Assembly: GCA_037190965.1 (NCBI GenBank)
Contig: JBBCKI010000063.1
Location: forward strand, 1-64,000
Length of the DNA stretch: 64,000 nucleotides
From: Chthoniobacteraceae bacterium
GTDB taxonomy: Bacteria; Verrucomicrobiota; Verrucomicrobiia; Chthoniobacterales; Chthoniobacteraceae
Reading direction: 5' to 3'
The position numbers and the translations under genes are program-made. Positions 61,262 through 64,000 of this stretch are shown here, one piece after another; position 1 is the first letter of the stretch; the number at the start of each line of letters is the position of its first letter. The notes under the pieces were generated by a model. It was not told the DNA's origin. It was given only the letters and a program-made list of their open reading frames with translations, and did not search any database.

Positions 61262-61489
61262 GGACACGCTGATTTAATCGGAGCTAGGCAAAGGAGACCG
61301 AACGAGTCAGAATGAAGGAATGAACCGTCAGATGAGTTTTTCGGAGAGCGAATTTGCGAGCAGAAACGGGTGACAAAGAAGGAAGCGTTTCTGGCGGTGA
61401 TGGAGGAAGTGGTTTCTTGGGAAGCGATTATAGGGCGGATTGAGCCATATTACCCCAAGGGAGAGCGAGGGCGTCCGCCGAAAGGACTG
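61262..61489 (+). mobile_element. IS5-family left end with a frameshifted, truncated transposase
   Basis: GGACACGCTGATTTA end after CTAA; MNRQMSFSESEF / KRVTKKEAFL..MEEVVSW......IEPYYPKGERGRPP. Confidence 0.85.
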
Positions 61490-61580
61490 CGTATCCCAAT
61501 CCCAGCAGCCTGTCCTGCGGGGATGAGCGCCAAACGCGACTCTTCATCGATCCCGCGCTCGACGGCGCGAGCAGGCCACC
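61490..61580. repeat. REPIN-like element, right part
   Basis: ATCCCAATCCCAGCAGC...GATCCCGCGCTCGACGGCGCGAGCAGGCCACC. Confidence 0.75.
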
Positions 61581-61660
61581 TGGCGCGCGCCTCCCCTTGA
61601 GAAATGGCTTTGCCGTGCCTCATCTCCTCTCTAAGATTCCGCCGCGCGCTTACAATTTTT

Positions 61661-62251
61661 ATGAGTCTCCAGATCCCCGAAGGTGAATTCGACGGTTATG
61701 TTTTCGATTGCGACGGCACCCTTGCCGACACGATGCCGCTGCATTACCAGGCGTGGTGCGCCGCGTTGGCGGAGCACGAGTGCGATTTCCCCGAGGCATT
61801 TTTCTATGAGCTCGGCGGCGTTCCGACGGAAAAGATCGTCGAGATCCTGAATGAACGCCACGGTTATCAGATGCCCGTGGAGGAAACCGCGCAATACAAA
61901 GAGAGCCTTTTCCTCCAGAAAATCCCGGAGATTCTCCCCATCGAACCGGTCGTGGCCCTCGTCCACGAACTCTACGGAAAAAAGCCGCTCGCCGTGGCGT
62001 CGGGCGGACACCGCGCCATCGTCATCAAGACGCTCACCGCGCTCGGCATTGCGGACAAATTCGAGACCATCGTTGGCGCGGAAGATTACAAAAACGGCAA
62101 ACCGGCTCCCGATCCCTTTCTCGAAGCCGCGCGGAGGCTAGGCATCCCGCCGGAGAGATGTCTTGCCTTCGAAGACACGCAGGCGGGCGTCACTTCGGCG
62201 CAGGCTGCCGGAATGCAAACCGTTCTCGTCCCGCCTCCTCACCGGAAATAG
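61661..62251 (+). CDS. HAD-family phosphatase (YqaB/beta-PGM-like)
   Basis: FDCDGTLADTM, VASGG, KPAPD and FED. Confidence 0.92.
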   Translation: MSLQIPEGEFDGYVFDCDGTLADTMPLHYQAWCAALAEHECDFPEAFFYELGGVPTEKIVEILNERHGYQMPVEETAQYKESLFLQKIPEILPIEPVVALVHELYGKKPLAVASGGHRAIVIKTLTALGIADKFETIVGAEDYKNGKPAPDPFLEAARRLGIPPERCLAFEDTQAGVTSAQAAGMQTVLVPPPHRK

Positions 62252-62287
62252 CGCTCATCAGCCAGGTCCGTCCCCGGGTACGACACG

Positions 62288-62989
62288 ATGATTTGCCTCC
62301 GATGGTTCAAGCACGGTGCCAATAACCGTCCCGGGCAAGGGCTCTTGGGATCCCCGCTATTGACAGGCGCGGCTTTCCTTTTGTGGCTGGCCGCAGTCAC
62401 AGCCGGTATCGGAGCGTTGTGGCGTTATAGCGGCACGCCGGGAGAAAGCCGGTACGCCCTGACACAATGGCCGGATGGGAGCAGGCTCGAACTTTCCACG
62501 CAAAAGCCGACTTTAATTATGTTCCTGCATCCCCACTGCCCTTGTTCACGGGCCACCATCGGGGAGCTTGCTGTTTTGCTCGGCCGAAACGGGGGCGACT
62601 TCGCAACGCAAATCGTCTTCCTTCAACCGGAAGACAAACCCGCGACATGGAGTAACACGCCGCTTTGGCGTGCGGCCTCTTCCTTGCCGCGGGTGGCGAC
62701 CATTGAAGACGAGGGCGGCAGGGAGGGCCGCCTCTTCCAGGCGGAGACCTCGGGGGAGACATTCTTGTTTGAACCGGGAGGGAAGTTGGTTTTCCACGGC
62801 GGCATGACCGTGGCTCGCGGACATTCCGGCGACAACGACGGCCTTCGCGCGCTGGTCGCGATCCGGGAGCACAAAGCGCTCACAGCGTCACCGACTTCTT
62901 CGACTCCGGTTACATCCACTCCGGTCTTTGGCTGTCCGTTAAACGGACAATGCTCGCTGTCAGAACCCAATCCATCGTCCCCCCCATGA
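62288..62989 (+). CDS. RedB-like membrane-anchored thioredoxin-fold protein
   Basis: TM segment, HPHCPCSRAT, TSG, GG.T.ARGH.GDN.G and PVFGC; start uncertain. Confidence 0.75.
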   Translation: MICLRWFKHGANNRPGQGLLGSPLLTGAAFLLWLAAVTAGIGALWRYSGTPGESRYALTQWPDGSRLELSTQKPTLIMFLHPHCPCSRATIGELAVLLGRNGGDFATQIVFLQPEDKPATWSNTPLWRAASSLPRVATIEDEGGREGRLFQAETSGETFLFEPGGKLVFHGGMTVARGHSGDNDGLRALVAIREHKALTASPTSSTPVTSTPVFGCPLNGQCSLSEPNPSSPP

Positions 62990-64000
62990 GTACCACGGTG
63001 CAGCATAGTATTGACGCCAAGAGGGAGGTTTATTTCAGGGAACAACAGGAAACGGTTTATCGCAATACCGATAAACTCTTTGTTCCATGCCTGATCATCC
63101 AATGGCTCTTCGGCGTCCTCATCGCCGTTTGGGTGACCCCGCGCACCTGGGTGGGCGAGCAAAGCGAGACGCATCCCCACGTTTGGGCGGCATTATTTCT
63201 GGGCGCTTTGATCGCCGCATTCCCGATCGTCCTGGCGTGGCGAATGCCCGGACAGGCGGCGACACGTCATTCCATCGCCATCGCTCAGATGCTGGCGGGG
63301 TCTCTCCTTATTCATCTGACGGGAGGGAGAATCGAAACGCATTTCCACGTCTTTGGTTCACTCGCCTTTTTGTCCTTCTACCGGGATTGGCGTGTACTTG
63401 CCACAGCGTCGTTCGTGGTGGTCGCAGATCACTTTTTACGAGGAATTCTGTGGCCGGAATCCATCTACGGCGTGATCAATGCGTCCGTCTGGCGGACGAT
63501 GGAGCATGCGGGCTGGGTGGTGGTCGAAGATATCTTTCTCTTCTTCGCCATCCGGCAGGCGCATCAGGAAATGCGGAGGATGGCAGGAAAAAAGGCGGCG
63601 CTTGAAGCGCTCAATGACGAGGTGGAATCCCGCGTGATTATGCGCACCCGCGAGTTGGCCGCCAGCGAAGAGCGGTTCCGAATGCTCAGTTCCACGGCTC
63701 CCGTCGGCATCTTCCAGACGGATGCTGACGGGAACTGTTTTTACACCAACCAACGCTGGACGGAAATCTCCGGCCTCTCCGAGCAGGAAAGCCTGGGAAT
63801 GAATTGGTCCAAGGCCATTCTTCTCGAGGATAGGGAACGGGTGCTCAAAGAGTGGCAAAACGCGACCCAGGGAGGCCGCGAATACCTGTGCGAATACCGG
63901 ATGCTCTGGCCCAATAACGAACAGCGGTGGGTCCTGGCTCGCGCCAAGGCGATGTTCTCCGCGCAGGGGGACTTCATCGGCCATGTGGGCACCGCCGAAG
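62986..64000 (+). CDS. RedC-like membrane sensor with a PAS domain (truncated by the window end)
   Basis: Not in the ORF track (no stop in the window). ATG 62986 overlaps the upstream stop; reads MSTTVQH...LLIHLTGGRIETHFHVFGSLAFL.FYRDW...EHAGWV, then SEERFR and a PAS domain. Confidence 0.8.
   Translation, partial: MSTTVQHSIDAKREVYFREQQETVYRNTDKLFVPCLIIQWLFGVLIAVWVTPRTWVGEQSETHPHVWAALFLGALIAAFPIVLAWRMPGQAATRHSIAIAQMLAGSLLIHLTGGRIETHFHVFGSLAFLSFYRDWRVLATASFVVVADHFLRGILWPESIYGVINASVWRTMEHAGWVVVEDIFLFFAIRQAHQEMRRMAGKKAALEALNDEVESRVIMRTRELAASEERFRMLSSTAPVGIFQTDADGNCFYTNQRWTEISGLSEQESLGMNWSKAILLEDRERVLKEWQNATQGGREYLCEYRMLWPNNEQRWVLARAKAMFSAQGDFIGHVGTAE

Overview
A GC-rich bacterial chromosome segment, most likely Verrucomicrobiota. 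That is an inference from the PEP-CTERM protein, DUF5069, lpxI-lpxB, the plant-type Deg protease pair and the PVC-type GyrA QRDR. The core backbone is lpxI-(gnnA-like)-lpxB, a photolyase, gyrB-gyrA, guaA, tdh-kbl, a sulfonate/nitrate-type ABC transporter between two Rrf2 regulators, smc, tRNA-Lys(CTT) and tmRNA. Accessory DNA lies downstream of both RNA genes. After tRNA-Lys there are two flavin-dependent halogenase-like genes and an antiporter. Behind the tmRNA 3' end there is an ~8-kb cassette. It encodes a PhcB-like methyltransferase, a PhcS-like double-kinase sensor, two receiver-kinase hybrids and an ECF sigma factor, and is bracketed by degenerate direct repeats. This cassette is the top candidate: a Ralstonia Phc-type fatty-acid-methyl-ester quorum-sensing system with rewired signalling. 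Other signals are a pseudoknot leader on an ankyrin gene, tandem NrdR-like boxes before gyrB and smc, an AglB/STT3-like enzyme with WWQSP in place of WWDxG, GTAG-type REPINs, several ~165-bp MITE families and a nested mobile-element hotspot at 59.4-61.6 kb. All family calls come from motif recognition by eye; no searches were run.
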